Shown piece after piece: positions 33,001-41,148 of a stretch of DNA of 64,000 bases. A program made the position numbers and the translations under genes. The stretch is from a bacterium (GTDB taxonomy: Bacteria > JAMCPX01), in assembly GCA_021787665.1 (NCBI GenBank), contig JAJYLN010000007.1, forward strand, positions 10,135 to 74,134. Direction: 5' to 3'. Below the pieces are notes generated by a model. That model was not told the DNA's origin. It made no database searches and worked only from the letters and a program-made list of their open reading frames with translations. Position 1 is the stretch's first letter. Each line of letters begins with the position of its first letter.

Positions 33001-33481
33001 CCGATTGTCCCTCGACCCGCTGGAGTGCAGGCTCGACGTATGGGAATTCGACCGCCTTCTCGACAAGGCCGACGCGCTGTGGAAGCACGACAGGGACAAG
33101 GCCGTCGGGCTGATAGACAAGGCCGTCGGGCTTTACCGAGGAGGCTTTTTGCCTGAAGACGTCGGCGCGGGGTGGACTACCTCCATGAGGGAGCGCATGA
33201 GGAGCAAGTTCATTCGCGCCCTCCACAGACTTGGGCATTACTGTGAAGAGCAGGGCGCATACGACAAAGCAGCAGGGGACTACACAAAGGGGCTCGAAGC
33301 GGACGACCTGTCCGAGGAGTTCTACCAGTCCCTCATGTTGTGCTACCATGCGATGGGCAGAGACGCGGAGGCTCTCTCGGTCTACCGCACGTGCCGACGT
33401 ATCCTGCATGACGTTCTGAACATAGCGCCTTCCTCGAAGACCGAGTCCATCTACCGGGACATCAAGAGCGCCCCCCAATAA
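30086..33481 (+). CDS. STAND-type transcriptional regulator: MalT-like NTPase + helical/TPR-like sensor region + C-terminal OmpR-type winged helix and BTAD (inverted SARP architecture)
   Basis: Walker A GVPGAGKT and Walker B VIVFDNY at the N-terminus, then an EGWAAGLVL MalT-like motif. The C-terminal ~260 aa match the SARP wHTH plus BTAD pattern (ALLKVVIASGG...DALWPE...TLQRLRQ...WEFDRLL...LYRGGFLPE...EAL.VYR.CR..L...L...P). Alternative start at 30110 (MKFNKS). Confidence 0.7.
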   Translation: MIHLLNTTMKFNKSYRTCDIYHGVYKISKPEVGDVVMRRRLFRILDSFRSKPVIWLSGVPGAGKTILAVSYLNSRKIPYLYYRMEGSDTDLATFFYYLGMALGNARSGKTPFGRYSGTRAGQLASLPLLTPEYRLDVPAFTRWFFNEFYGMIGHEKRLVIVFDNYQEVPADSMLHAVIGEGLSMLPEDVHAVIISKGDPPPAFTPLRMGNKMGFVTDKEVRFTLPETVGLLHRMGIVRPGTSGSKQFHEMAEGWAAGLVLLTEEYRRVPAQQKPSLPDKALLSERLFGYFADHIFGRLDKELQDFLLRTSFLTKVTAAAAREMTGAKHPEDILGYLHRNNYFTVKLASPEPAYHYHSLFREFLLSHARATFTEDELRSVMAQAARLLAQSGEFEEAAKLLARAGAWPDFTSLVVAHAPSLLAQGRNQVLIQWFKQMDQKAVAGNPWLLYWYGLSIFPFSLPESRAYLEKAFALFKEQSDENGIYLSWANVVRTYCIEWNSFKPIDSWLDTINGFLERVPLPPGESGTYFISVMLLALLYRRPKYEDIAPWLLRAEEIVLSGKGTDMRTRIMIGSYLMLYYSWTGDISKMEVLMNTLRPPFRHYDTRKDTARSTADGQGTITPLDMIQWQIVESIYAWQTLSAEISSAIETGIGIANSYGLHLWDHILYSQGVYYALSVNDMPAAGMYLDKMSKGVNVNSLVDCSHFYYLKSWYSHAQGKLPLAIEYGESALRNAVQAGAVFPEILCRLGLARVQTAAGNYGKARENAARAERLSRDMRCIMGQCYYHLLEAQIAFERGDEERGIESLRQGMKIGREQGYINNWRWMHEPMLFLCLRALRYSIEVPYVRMLIKRRGLLPDPRSLDRYGIDSLSDVENWPWTLDIRTLGGFELIKEDDDGKPVESPVQGKVQKMPLALLKVVIASGGTDVREESVVDALWPEAEGDRTHTAFSTTLQRLRQLMGSERCIRLKEGRLSLDPLECRLDVWEFDRLLDKADALWKHDRDKAVGLIDKAVGLYRGGFLPEDVGAGWTTSMRERMRSKFIRALHRLGHYCEEQGAYDKAAGDYTKGLEADDLSEEFYQSLMLCYHAMGRDAEALSVYRTCRRILHDVLNIAPSSKTESIYRDIKSAPQ

Positions 33482-33569
33482 CACACCTCAAGACGCGAAG
33501 ATTGCGGTTTAGGTTGAAATCCGTGTCCGATTCACTATGTTCTGGTACATAGTTTCCGGGTAAACACAC

Positions 33570-35156
33570 ATGGTCACAACAAACAACGACAAAGCATATA
33601 AATGGTGGGTCCTCGCCATCGTGATTATCGGCAGCTTCATGAGCGTACTTGACAGCTCCGGTATGAACATCGCCCTGCCCCATTTCATGGTCGCGTTCGG
33701 CATCAACATGGACCAGGTAGAATGGATATCGACGGTGTACATGCTTGCCTTCGCCATATTCATCCTGTTCGCCACGTGGATGAAGAACGTGATCGGCCTC
33801 AAACAGACGTTCCTCTGGGGCTTGTCCCTGTTCACGGCCGGTTCTTTCTTATGCAGCTTTTCGTGGAGCCTCGACTCCCTGATTTTCTTCAGGGTGATCC
33901 AGGCGATAGGCGCGGGCGCCATTACCCCGTTGAGCGTCACCATGATATCCGAAGTGTTTCCAAAAGAAGAGCGGGGGTTCGCGCTCGGCATGTGGGGCGC
34001 GGGTACCACCGTTGCACCTGCCGTGGGGCCTACGATGTTCGGCTATCTTATAGACCACGTGGGCTGGCGCGCACTGTTCTACGTGAACATACCTATCGGC
34101 ATGCTGACGCTGTTCTGGAGCATCACGGTACTGCGGCCGTCGAAAGGCAACCTGAAGTATTTCCGGTCTTTCGATTCCGCCGGCTTTCTGACGTTCTCGC
34201 TGTTCGTCTGCACACTCATGGTCGCCCTCCAGAAGGGACAGGAATGGGGGTGGATGTCGAAGGACATCATAACGCTGTTCGCTGTGGCCTACTTCTCGTT
34301 CCTCCTGTTCATTATGACCGAGTTTGTAGTCAAGAAGCCCATCATGGACCTCTCCATCTTCAAGAATTATAATTTCGCACTATCCAACGTCATGCAGTTA
34401 ACGAGGTCCGTTGCACTGGTTGGGAGCGTCTTCCTTATGAGCATGTTCTTCCAGAACCTCATGAACTATTCCGCCACGACGACGGGCGTCATGCTGATCC
34501 CGCAGGCGATCGCCCTCAGTATCAGCATGCCGATAGCGGGCAAGCTTTCCGATCATTTCGGCGCGAAAAGGCCGCTGGTAGCCGGTACCCTGCTGACGGC
34601 GTACTCGCTGTACTATTTCTCGAACCTCTCCATCTTTTCGAGCTACGGCTTCATCGTGGCGGGCATGCTGATGAGAGGGTGCGGGATCAGCTTCATCATG
34701 GCGCCCTTGACCATATCCGCTATCAACGCGCTGGAGCCCGAGCAGGTGAACCTCGGGTCGGGCGTACTGAACCTTATCATGAGGATCGGGAGCTCGTTCA
34801 GCATAGCCGTCATGGGCGTCATCGTGGAGAACCGTACGGACTTTCATATGTCCACGTATGCGGACAGCGCGGCGTATCGCTCACCGCTTTGGCACGGGGC
34901 TTTGAACAAGACCATGGCATACGCCCTCAGCAAAGGGGCGAGCTTCTATAACGCGGCAATCGCCGGGCGGGGCATCTATGTCGGGTATTATCTGAAACGG
35001 TGGGCGAATGCCAATGCTTATGATGATGCATTCTTTATTGGAGCCCTGTTCGTTCTGGCAAGCATAGTCCCGGCACTCATGCTGAAAGACATAATCTATA
35101 AGAAGACCAAGGGGCCCCAAAAGGCCGCCGTGGTCGGGTCGGAACAGGCCGACTGA
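33570..35156 (+). CDS. MFS transporter, DHA2 (EmrB/QacA) drug:H+ antiporter family, 14 TMS
   Basis: 528 aa with ~14 hydrophobic segments and MFS signature regions. Confidence 0.8.
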   Translation: MVTTNNDKAYKWWVLAIVIIGSFMSVLDSSGMNIALPHFMVAFGINMDQVEWISTVYMLAFAIFILFATWMKNVIGLKQTFLWGLSLFTAGSFLCSFSWSLDSLIFFRVIQAIGAGAITPLSVTMISEVFPKEERGFALGMWGAGTTVAPAVGPTMFGYLIDHVGWRALFYVNIPIGMLTLFWSITVLRPSKGNLKYFRSFDSAGFLTFSLFVCTLMVALQKGQEWGWMSKDIITLFAVAYFSFLLFIMTEFVVKKPIMDLSIFKNYNFALSNVMQLTRSVALVGSVFLMSMFFQNLMNYSATTTGVMLIPQAIALSISMPIAGKLSDHFGAKRPLVAGTLLTAYSLYYFSNLSIFSSYGFIVAGMLMRGCGISFIMAPLTISAINALEPEQVNLGSGVLNLIMRIGSSFSIAVMGVIVENRTDFHMSTYADSAAYRSPLWHGALNKTMAYALSKGASFYNAAIAGRGIYVGYYLKRWANANAYDDAFFIGALFVLASIVPALMLKDIIYKKTKGPQKAAVVGSEQAD

Positions 35157-35245
35157 TCCGCCTCTGCACCGAAATCTCCGATCTGTGACCGATTTGTGAC
35201 TTTTCGCGTGGTAGACTCGAGTCCTTTAAAAAAAAGGAGAAAACT

Positions 35246-37075
35246 ATGAACAAGACAATTACCTTGATTATCGCAAGTGTGCTTGCCATGGGTATCATGG
35301 CGGGATGCAGCAGTACAAACGGCAAGAACGGCGCTACCGGCCCGCAGGGCCCGGCAGGACCTATTGGTCCGAGCGGACCGACAGGCGTAACGGGACCAAC
35401 AGGGACTACCGGAGGCATCGGCCCCACGGGCCCCACCATGCCGGTTATCCAGAGTCTTTCGGTGTATGGCCAACCGGCGAATCCAAGTGCGAGCTTTACG
35501 GCTGATGTCGTCGCACAGAGCGCACAGGGGCTTGCGCTGACCTATACGTGGACGGCAACAAGCCCGTGGGCTATATCGCCGTCCAGTGTAAACAGCCAGA
35601 CTGCAACCATTACCGCGCCTTCGAGCTACTCCGCTTCCGGCACGGCCACGATCGAAGTCAGCGATGCAAGCGGCAGGTACGCGATGGGCACGATTGCTCT
35701 GAGCACACAGGGTAACACTGCGCCCGTCATCGACAGCATTGCCATCGGTCCCCAGCCGGTTTATTCGGCGGCGAACCTCGAGTGTTATGCTCAGGACCCG
35801 GACGGCGATCTGCTAAACTTTTCATGGTTTATCGGAGCGTATTTGACAACGACGGGCTTTGAAAATAATACCGTGTGGAATTCACCGGGCATACCCGGCC
35901 TTTACAGGCTAATCGTCGAGGTGTACGACGGCCATGGTAATCTTTCAGAAGGAAGCAGCTATATGAACGTGAGCAGCGCCTCGCCCTGGCCCACGTTTCA
36001 CAGGGACATACAGGGAACAGGACTGAGTAATATAAATACAAGCTCTATAACAACACCGACACTAAAATGGAGCTATACAGACCCAAGCATGACGGGATAC
36101 CAGCTATTGGCATCACCGGTCATTAGTGCGGATGGAACGGTCTACGTAGGCACAACAAACTGGACAAACGGCGCACTGTACGCCATCAATCCGATTGATC
36201 AAGCACTCGACTGGAGCTTTACGACTGGGGGAGGAGGAATATGGGGAACGCCGACCATTGTCTCAAACGGAACCATCTATCTTCCCTCGGCGGATGATCA
36301 TCTTTATGCCCTCAACGCAACGAACGGAACGGTTGCCTGGAGCTTTACAACAGGGGGAACCATACACGCGACCCCGGCGATCGGAGCGGATGGCACGATC
36401 TATATCGGGTCGTACGATCAAAATTTCTATGCCATTAGTCCACAGGGGAAAGAAATATGGTATCATTGGACCGGCGGTCTCATTGATTCCGGGGCGTCAA
36501 TGGCTCCGGACGGAACTATCTACATCGGAGCAACATTTACTTCGCCTACGCCGAATCAGGGGATGTTATATGCGTTCTACCCGGACGGGACGGTTAAGTG
36601 GAGTCACCTGATATTCAGCGCAAGCTACAGCGCCGCTATAGATTCCAGTCCGGCAATCGGAGCGGACGGTACCATCTATGTCGGTTCGGAGGACCATGAT
36701 CTTTATGCAATCACACCAGCCGGATGGAACAAATGGGCCGCTGCAACGGGAGGTGGCATAGCCACTTCACCGTCAATCGGTCCTGACGGCACGATCTATG
36801 TGAGCTCCTTGGATGGCTACCTTTATGCGTTTAACCAGGATGGTACGGAGAAATGGTCCGTGCTGACAGGCTCGGTCTATTCATCACCTGCGATCGGAGC
36901 GGACGGTACCATCTATGTCGGTACACAGAATGGTTATCTTTATGCAATCTCACCTGCAGGAAACATAAAATGGGAATATTACGCAGGCAGTAGATTATAC
37001 TGTTCACCGTCAATCGGTTCTGATGGAAGCATATACATCGGAAACTATATTGGCTCCTTGAGCGTGGTACACTGA
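35246..37075 (+). CDS. Lipoprotein with collagen-like G-X-Y triple-helix segment, two Ig-like domains and an 8-bladed PQQ-like beta-propeller
   Basis: Lipobox IMAGC after a signal peptide. 13 consecutive G-X-Y triplets ([36 protein letters not shown]). Two homologous ~90-aa domains. Eight repeats of the motif GxDGTIYxGS..[DN]..LYA[IF]. Good RBS (AAGGAGA). Confidence 0.8.
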   Translation: MNKTITLIIASVLAMGIMAGCSSTNGKNGATGPQGPAGPIGPSGPTGVTGPTGTTGGIGPTGPTMPVIQSLSVYGQPANPSASFTADVVAQSAQGLALTYTWTATSPWAISPSSVNSQTATITAPSSYSASGTATIEVSDASGRYAMGTIALSTQGNTAPVIDSIAIGPQPVYSAANLECYAQDPDGDLLNFSWFIGAYLTTTGFENNTVWNSPGIPGLYRLIVEVYDGHGNLSEGSSYMNVSSASPWPTFHRDIQGTGLSNINTSSITTPTLKWSYTDPSMTGYQLLASPVISADGTVYVGTTNWTNGALYAINPIDQALDWSFTTGGGGIWGTPTIVSNGTIYLPSADDHLYALNATNGTVAWSFTTGGTIHATPAIGADGTIYIGSYDQNFYAISPQGKEIWYHWTGGLIDSGASMAPDGTIYIGATFTSPTPNQGMLYAFYPDGTVKWSHLIFSASYSAAIDSSPAIGADGTIYVGSEDHDLYAITPAGWNKWAAATGGGIATSPSIGPDGTIYVSSLDGYLYAFNQDGTEKWSVLTGSVYSSPAIGADGTIYVGTQNGYLYAISPAGNIKWEYYAGSRLYCSPSIGSDGSIYIGNYIGSLSVVH

Positions 37076-37143
37076 GTTGGAGTACGGGCAAAAAGAATCA
37101 ACGGAGCGTGCATCGGTGTAAGAGATAATAGCGTTGATAGAAA

Positions 37144-37177
37144 GAGAGTAGATGGGGTGTCCCGCCGCCGGCAGGAC
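37144..37177 (+). terminator. Rho-independent terminator after the propeller lipoprotein gene
   Basis: GGGGTGTCC-(11 nt loop)-GGACACCCC followed by TTTTT, about 70 nt after the stop codon. Confidence 0.6.
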
Positions 37178-37191
37178 ACCCCTTTTTCATG

Positions 37192-37252
37192 CTCCCGCGA
37201 CGGTACGGTCTACGTCGGCTCGAACGACAAACATCTCTATGCGATACACTGA
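37192..37252 (+). pseudogene. 3'-terminal gene remnant of a PQQ-propeller lipoprotein paralog (last ~20 codons only)
   Basis: An alternative frame reads SRDGTVYVGSNDKHLYAIH-stop. This matches the blade motif [16 protein letters not shown] of the upstream gene. No upstream coding continuation. Confidence 0.5.
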
Positions 37253-37258
37253 TTAAGC

Positions 37259-37400
37259 GTAAGGGCAGGTTTCAAACCTGCCCTTACACCGGGAAATTTC
37301 CCCTGCCCCTCTTTCCCAAAGAGTGGGTCTCGCTGTCTCTCCCCTTTGGGAAAGGGGGACTGAGGGGAATTTTGGGGTTGCGGCTGAAAGCAGTCGCTGG
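37259..37400 (+). repeat. Cluster of perfect hairpins/palindromes (candidate structured ncRNA or REP/MITE-like element)
   Basis: Hairpin GTAAGGGCAGG-TTTCAAA-CCTGCCCTTAC (11 bp stem). The perfect 12-nt palindrome GGGAAATTTCCC. A long stem CCCCTCTTTCCCAAAG / CTTTGGGAAAGGGGG (11-15 bp). A further GACTG...CAGTC stem. Confidence 0.45.
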
Positions 37401-37578
37401 GGCTTACAGCTCCCTCCGCGTGGTTGACTGATACGAACAAAGGCTGTAAATATGGATGAGGAGGCAGATATGAAAGATAATCTCTTCAAAGACCGCGCAG
37501 GGCACAGATCAGCTCGACCGGTACGCCCTCGCCCTGCATGGAGACAGCCCATGAAGCATTCCGTGGACACAGCAGGCA

Positions 37579-38184
37579 ATGCGTAGGACAGGGGCCGCCA
37601 CCCTCTTCCCGATCCTCCTCGTCTGTACCCTCGTGCAAGCAGGCCCTATCTGCGCCGCGGGCAGGGAGCGCACCGCGTACGAAGGCGTACAGACAGCAGA
37701 AGGCCGGGGCATCGACCTTCTCATGGATCAGGCGTACTACAGGTCCCTGACGGCGGATCTGGCCCGAGCAAAGCATGAAATCACGATCGTCATGTACCTG
37801 TTCAAGCTCACCGGACACGAATCAGCCCTGCCCAACCGTATCGCGGGCATGCTCATGGACAGTCATCGGCGGGGCGTGGACGTGACGGTTGTCCTGAATT
37901 TGGACCAGAAGAACAATCTGTACAAAGAAGAAGACGACCTGAATAGGACGAATCTGAAGACGGCAAAGGAGCTGGAGCACCGTGGTATAAAGGTCTCATT
38001 CGACTCCCTGCACAGGATAACGCACGAAAAGGTCATCATCATCGACCGCAGGATCATCTACATCGGCAGTCACAACCTTACGCAGAGCGCGCTGAAGTAT
38101 AACCACGAGGTGAGCGTACGGATCGTCTCTCCGGCCCTTGCTGGAGAACTCTTACCGTACGTGAAGACACTGATTCAGGAATAG
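37579..38184 (+). CDS. Secreted phospholipase D-family protein with a single HKD motif (Nuc-like endonuclease / PLD)
   Basis: Signal peptide MRRTGAATLFPILLVCTLVQAG and an HxKxxxxD motif (HEKVIIIDRRIIYIGSHNLT). 201 aa with only one HKD, so presumably active as a dimer like Nuc. Confidence 0.75.
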   Translation: MRRTGAATLFPILLVCTLVQAGPICAAGRERTAYEGVQTAEGRGIDLLMDQAYYRSLTADLARAKHEITIVMYLFKLTGHESALPNRIAGMLMDSHRRGVDVTVVLNLDQKNNLYKEEDDLNRTNLKTAKELEHRGIKVSFDSLHRITHEKVIIIDRRIIYIGSHNLTQSALKYNHEVSVRIVSPALAGELLPYVKTLIQE

Positions 38185-38255
38185 GGACAGAACAGCACGA
38201 TCCTTTCTATTGTTACGAACCCTAAAATGGGCTATTCTCGGTCTGAGACAAGCAT

Positions 38256-39779
38256 ATGAAACAAGCAATACAACACAGCGTGCGTCGGATCGGGACGGCG
38301 GTCGGCTCTTCCCTGAGATGGATCGGACGGAAGTTCATCAACCTGCCGCTCAAGTTCAAGCTCACGATCGCCATGCTCATGATCATGATCCTTATGGTGG
38401 GACTGCTCTCGCTGCTCCACTACCAGACCGAGAACATGCTCCTCAAGAACGTCATGGAAGATACGATCGAGCTCTCATCAGCCATTCAGATCGGCGTACA
38501 GCAGCTCACCATGGGGCCGGGCAAGACGGACCAGGCGCGCCTGCAGTCGTACATAAAAAGCCTCCAGGAGAAGGGCGTCAAGGAGATATCCATCGTGAAC
38601 AACGAGAACCAGGTCATCGCGAGTTCGAACCCCAGACACAAGGGCAAGCTCATCTCGATCATCCATCCCAGAAGGGAGTTCGTGATTACGGCGAATCTCG
38701 GAGAGAAGCACGCGAGAGTGCCGCAGAAGTCCTACAACATCATTGTCCCTATCATCGTCGGGAACGTCCAGCTCGGGTACGCGCACATCGTCATGCACCT
38801 CGACGACATCCAGCAGATACTCGAGGCGACATTCTTCGAGAGGATACTCCTCACGGTGATCATCCTGAGCCTTGGCATAGCCGCGATTATGTACGTGTCG
38901 AACATCTACTCGAAGCCCATTTACAACGTCATCGAGGCGGAGAGGACGGTATCCGACGGGGACTTGTCAGTAAAGCTTCCGGAAGACAGGAGCGACGAGA
39001 TCGGTACCCTCAACAAGGGGTTCAACAGTATGATAAGAAGTCTGTCCGAGAAGAAAGAACTCGAGAACAAGCTGCACAAAGCCGAAGAGCTCTCCCGGCT
39101 CGGGCAGCTCTCAGCCGGACTTGCACACGAGATCAGAAATCCGCTGAATCTCATAAACCTCAGCATAGATCACCTCAAGGCAAAGGCGTCCGGGTTTGAC
39201 GAGAAGACAAGGGACGAGTTCATCGGCACGGCCGATACTATTAAAGCAGAGCTCTACCGTCTCAACAAGCTCACGGATCAGTTTCTGAACCACGGGAAGG
39301 CAGTCATAGAAAACAGGGAGGTCCTCAGCGTGAATACGCTCCTCAAACACCTCGCCGATCTGGTCAAGAACAAGTCCGAGACACAGGGCATCAGGCTCGG
39401 CATCGCCCTGCCCGAAGAGCAGGCGTACATCTCCGGAGAGAGGGAACAGCTCAACACGGCATTCCTCAACATCATGCTCAACGCGATCGATGCCATGCCC
39501 TACGGCGGCTCACTCGAGGTAGGCTTGTCAGTCGCGGGCGACGGATGCACCGTGTCGTTCCACGACAGCGGCCAGGGCATCCCCGCCGACATCATCGACA
39601 GGATTTTCGAACCGTTCTTTACCACGAAGGAGACCGGTATTGGACTGGGACTCGCCATCAGCAAGGACATTATCACACAGCACAGCGGCAGCATCGCGGT
39701 GAAGACCGCCCGGGACAGAGGGACCGAGTTCATCGTCAGCCTGCCGCTTGCTAAGACCGGGACTCCCGATGCAGTATAG
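38256..39779 (+). CDS. Sensor histidine kinase (TM - periplasmic sensor - TM - HAMP - HisKA - HATPase_c)
   Basis: H-box LAHEIRNPL and N/G boxes (LNAIDAM, DSGQGIP, GLGLAI). Two N-terminal TM segments. Confidence 0.85.
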   Translation: MKQAIQHSVRRIGTAVGSSLRWIGRKFINLPLKFKLTIAMLMIMILMVGLLSLLHYQTENMLLKNVMEDTIELSSAIQIGVQQLTMGPGKTDQARLQSYIKSLQEKGVKEISIVNNENQVIASSNPRHKGKLISIIHPRREFVITANLGEKHARVPQKSYNIIVPIIVGNVQLGYAHIVMHLDDIQQILEATFFERILLTVIILSLGIAAIMYVSNIYSKPIYNVIEAERTVSDGDLSVKLPEDRSDEIGTLNKGFNSMIRSLSEKKELENKLHKAEELSRLGQLSAGLAHEIRNPLNLINLSIDHLKAKASGFDEKTRDEFIGTADTIKAELYRLNKLTDQFLNHGKAVIENREVLSVNTLLKHLADLVKNKSETQGIRLGIALPEEQAYISGEREQLNTAFLNIMLNAIDAMPYGGSLEVGLSVAGDGCTVSFHDSGQGIPADIIDRIFEPFFTTKETGIGLGLAISKDIITQHSGSIAVKTARDRGTEFIVSLPLAKTGTPDAV

Positions 39780-41142
39780 CATAGTCGTCGTCGACGACGA
39801 GATAAAGCAGGCAGAGATTACCGCAAAGATTCTCGAGGATCACGGGTATAGCACCAAGGCTACGAACAGACCAGGCGAGGTCATAGACATCGCGAAGAAC
39901 AGCCCTCTGGACCTCGTCATCACGGACCAGGCGATGCCCGGGATGGACGGGATAAGATTGCTCGAAGCACTCTCCTCCCTCCAGCGCCCGCCGCTGGTCG
40001 TCATACTTACAGGATACGGGACGATATCGAAGGCCGTAGAAGCGATGAAGAAGAAGGCCTTTGACTATATGACGAAGCCGATCGACATGGAGCGGCTTCT
40101 CCTTATGGTAAAGAACGCCCTGGAGCTGAAAAGGCTCGATCGGGAGAACAGGGAGCTGAAGGCGATAATCAAGGGGGAAGGACTCGACAGCATCGTGGGC
40201 AGCAGCGGCGTCTTAGAGGACATCAAGAAGACCATACGGAAAATAGCGCCCACCAATTCCACGATTCTGATCACCGGGGAGAGCGGTACCGGTAAAGAGC
40301 TGGTGGCGCGTGCCATCCACAGCCTGAGCCTCAGGAGAAACGCACCCTTCGAGGCCGTGAACTGTGCGGCCATACCGGACACCCTGATCGAGAGCGAGCT
40401 GTTCGGCTATGAAAAGGGGGCCTTTACCGGGGCGAACACGGCCAAGCAGGGCGTGATTGGTGCCAGCAACGGAGGGACGCTCTTCCTCGACGAGATAAGC
40501 GAGCTCAGCCTCGCGGTCCAGGCCAAACTGCTGCGCCTGATACAGAACAAGGAGATCAAGCCGCTCGGCAGTTCCGAGACGGTGCCCGTGGACATACGTA
40601 TCATAGCGGCCACCAACAAGATCGTAGAGCAGGAAATCAAGAACGGCAGATTCAGGGAGGACCTCTACTACAGGCTGAATGTCATCCCGATCCAGCTCCC
40701 GCCTCTCCGTGAGAGGAAGACTGACATTCCCATACTCATCGAATATTTCCTCAAAAAATACGACTCCGTCAACTCGAAGCACACGGAGAAGATCGACGAT
40801 GACTCACTCGCCCTTCTGCTCGAGTACGACTGGCCCGGCAATGTCCGGCAACTCGAGTCAGTCATCGAGAGGACCATCCTCCTGAATGATAACAGCGTCG
40901 TATCGAAAGACGACCTGCCGCTCGAGATAAAGACAAAACGGATAGACCTCGATAAGTACGAGTTCGAGCTGCCGGAGAGCGGTATTAACTTCTCCGAGCT
41001 CGAGAGGGAGATACTCGTGAAGGCCATGAAGAAGTCGGACGGCGTTATCACGAAGGCCGCCAGCCTGCTCGGTATGAGCTACCGGACGCTCCAGTACCGG
41101 CTCGAGAAATTCAAGATCAGCAAAAAGTCCGGTGAGGTATAG
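39769..41142 (+). CDS. Sigma54-dependent response regulator (NtrC family: REC + AAA+ sigma54 activator + Fis-type HTH)
   Basis: REC domain (VVVDDE...D...K), Walker A GESGTGKE, GAFTGA sigma54-interaction motif, and a C-terminal HTH. Start overlaps the HK stop by 11 nt. Confidence 0.85.
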   Translation: MQYSIVVVDDEIKQAEITAKILEDHGYSTKATNRPGEVIDIAKNSPLDLVITDQAMPGMDGIRLLEALSSLQRPPLVVILTGYGTISKAVEAMKKKAFDYMTKPIDMERLLLMVKNALELKRLDRENRELKAIIKGEGLDSIVGSSGVLEDIKKTIRKIAPTNSTILITGESGTGKELVARAIHSLSLRRNAPFEAVNCAAIPDTLIESELFGYEKGAFTGANTAKQGVIGASNGGTLFLDEISELSLAVQAKLLRLIQNKEIKPLGSSETVPVDIRIIAATNKIVEQEIKNGRFREDLYYRLNVIPIQLPPLRERKTDIPILIEYFLKKYDSVNSKHTEKIDDDSLALLLEYDWPGNVRQLESVIERTILLNDNSVVSKDDLPLEIKTKRIDLDKYEFELPESGINFSELEREILVKAMKKSDGVITKAASLLGMSYRTLQYRLEKFKISKKSGEV

Positions 41143-41148
41143 CAGGAC

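Noticed and set aside
32669-33484. 271-aa minus-strand ORF and other ORFs (30233..30901, 32440..33120) antisense to the STAND regulator gene
   Set aside because: No domain content. They overlap a long, well-supported plus-strand gene.
37189-37431. 80-aa ORF spanning the terminator-proximal region and the hairpin cluster
   Set aside because: It reads straight through multiple perfect palindromes. The adjacent frame instead encodes a recognisable PQQ-blade remnant. More likely non-coding structured DNA or RNA.
37540-37585. GG-N9-GC motif (TGGACACAGCAGGCAATGCG) resembling a sigma54 -24/-12 element upstream of the PLD gene
   Set aside because: Spacing is one nucleotide short of the GG-N10-GC consensus, and the GC element sits on top of the ATG start codon, so it cannot serve as a promoter for that gene.
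38210-39199. 329-aa plus-strand ORF overlapping the histidine kinase gene in another frame
   Set aside because: Arg/His/Glu-rich low-complexity translation. The HK frame carries H-box and N/G-box motifs.
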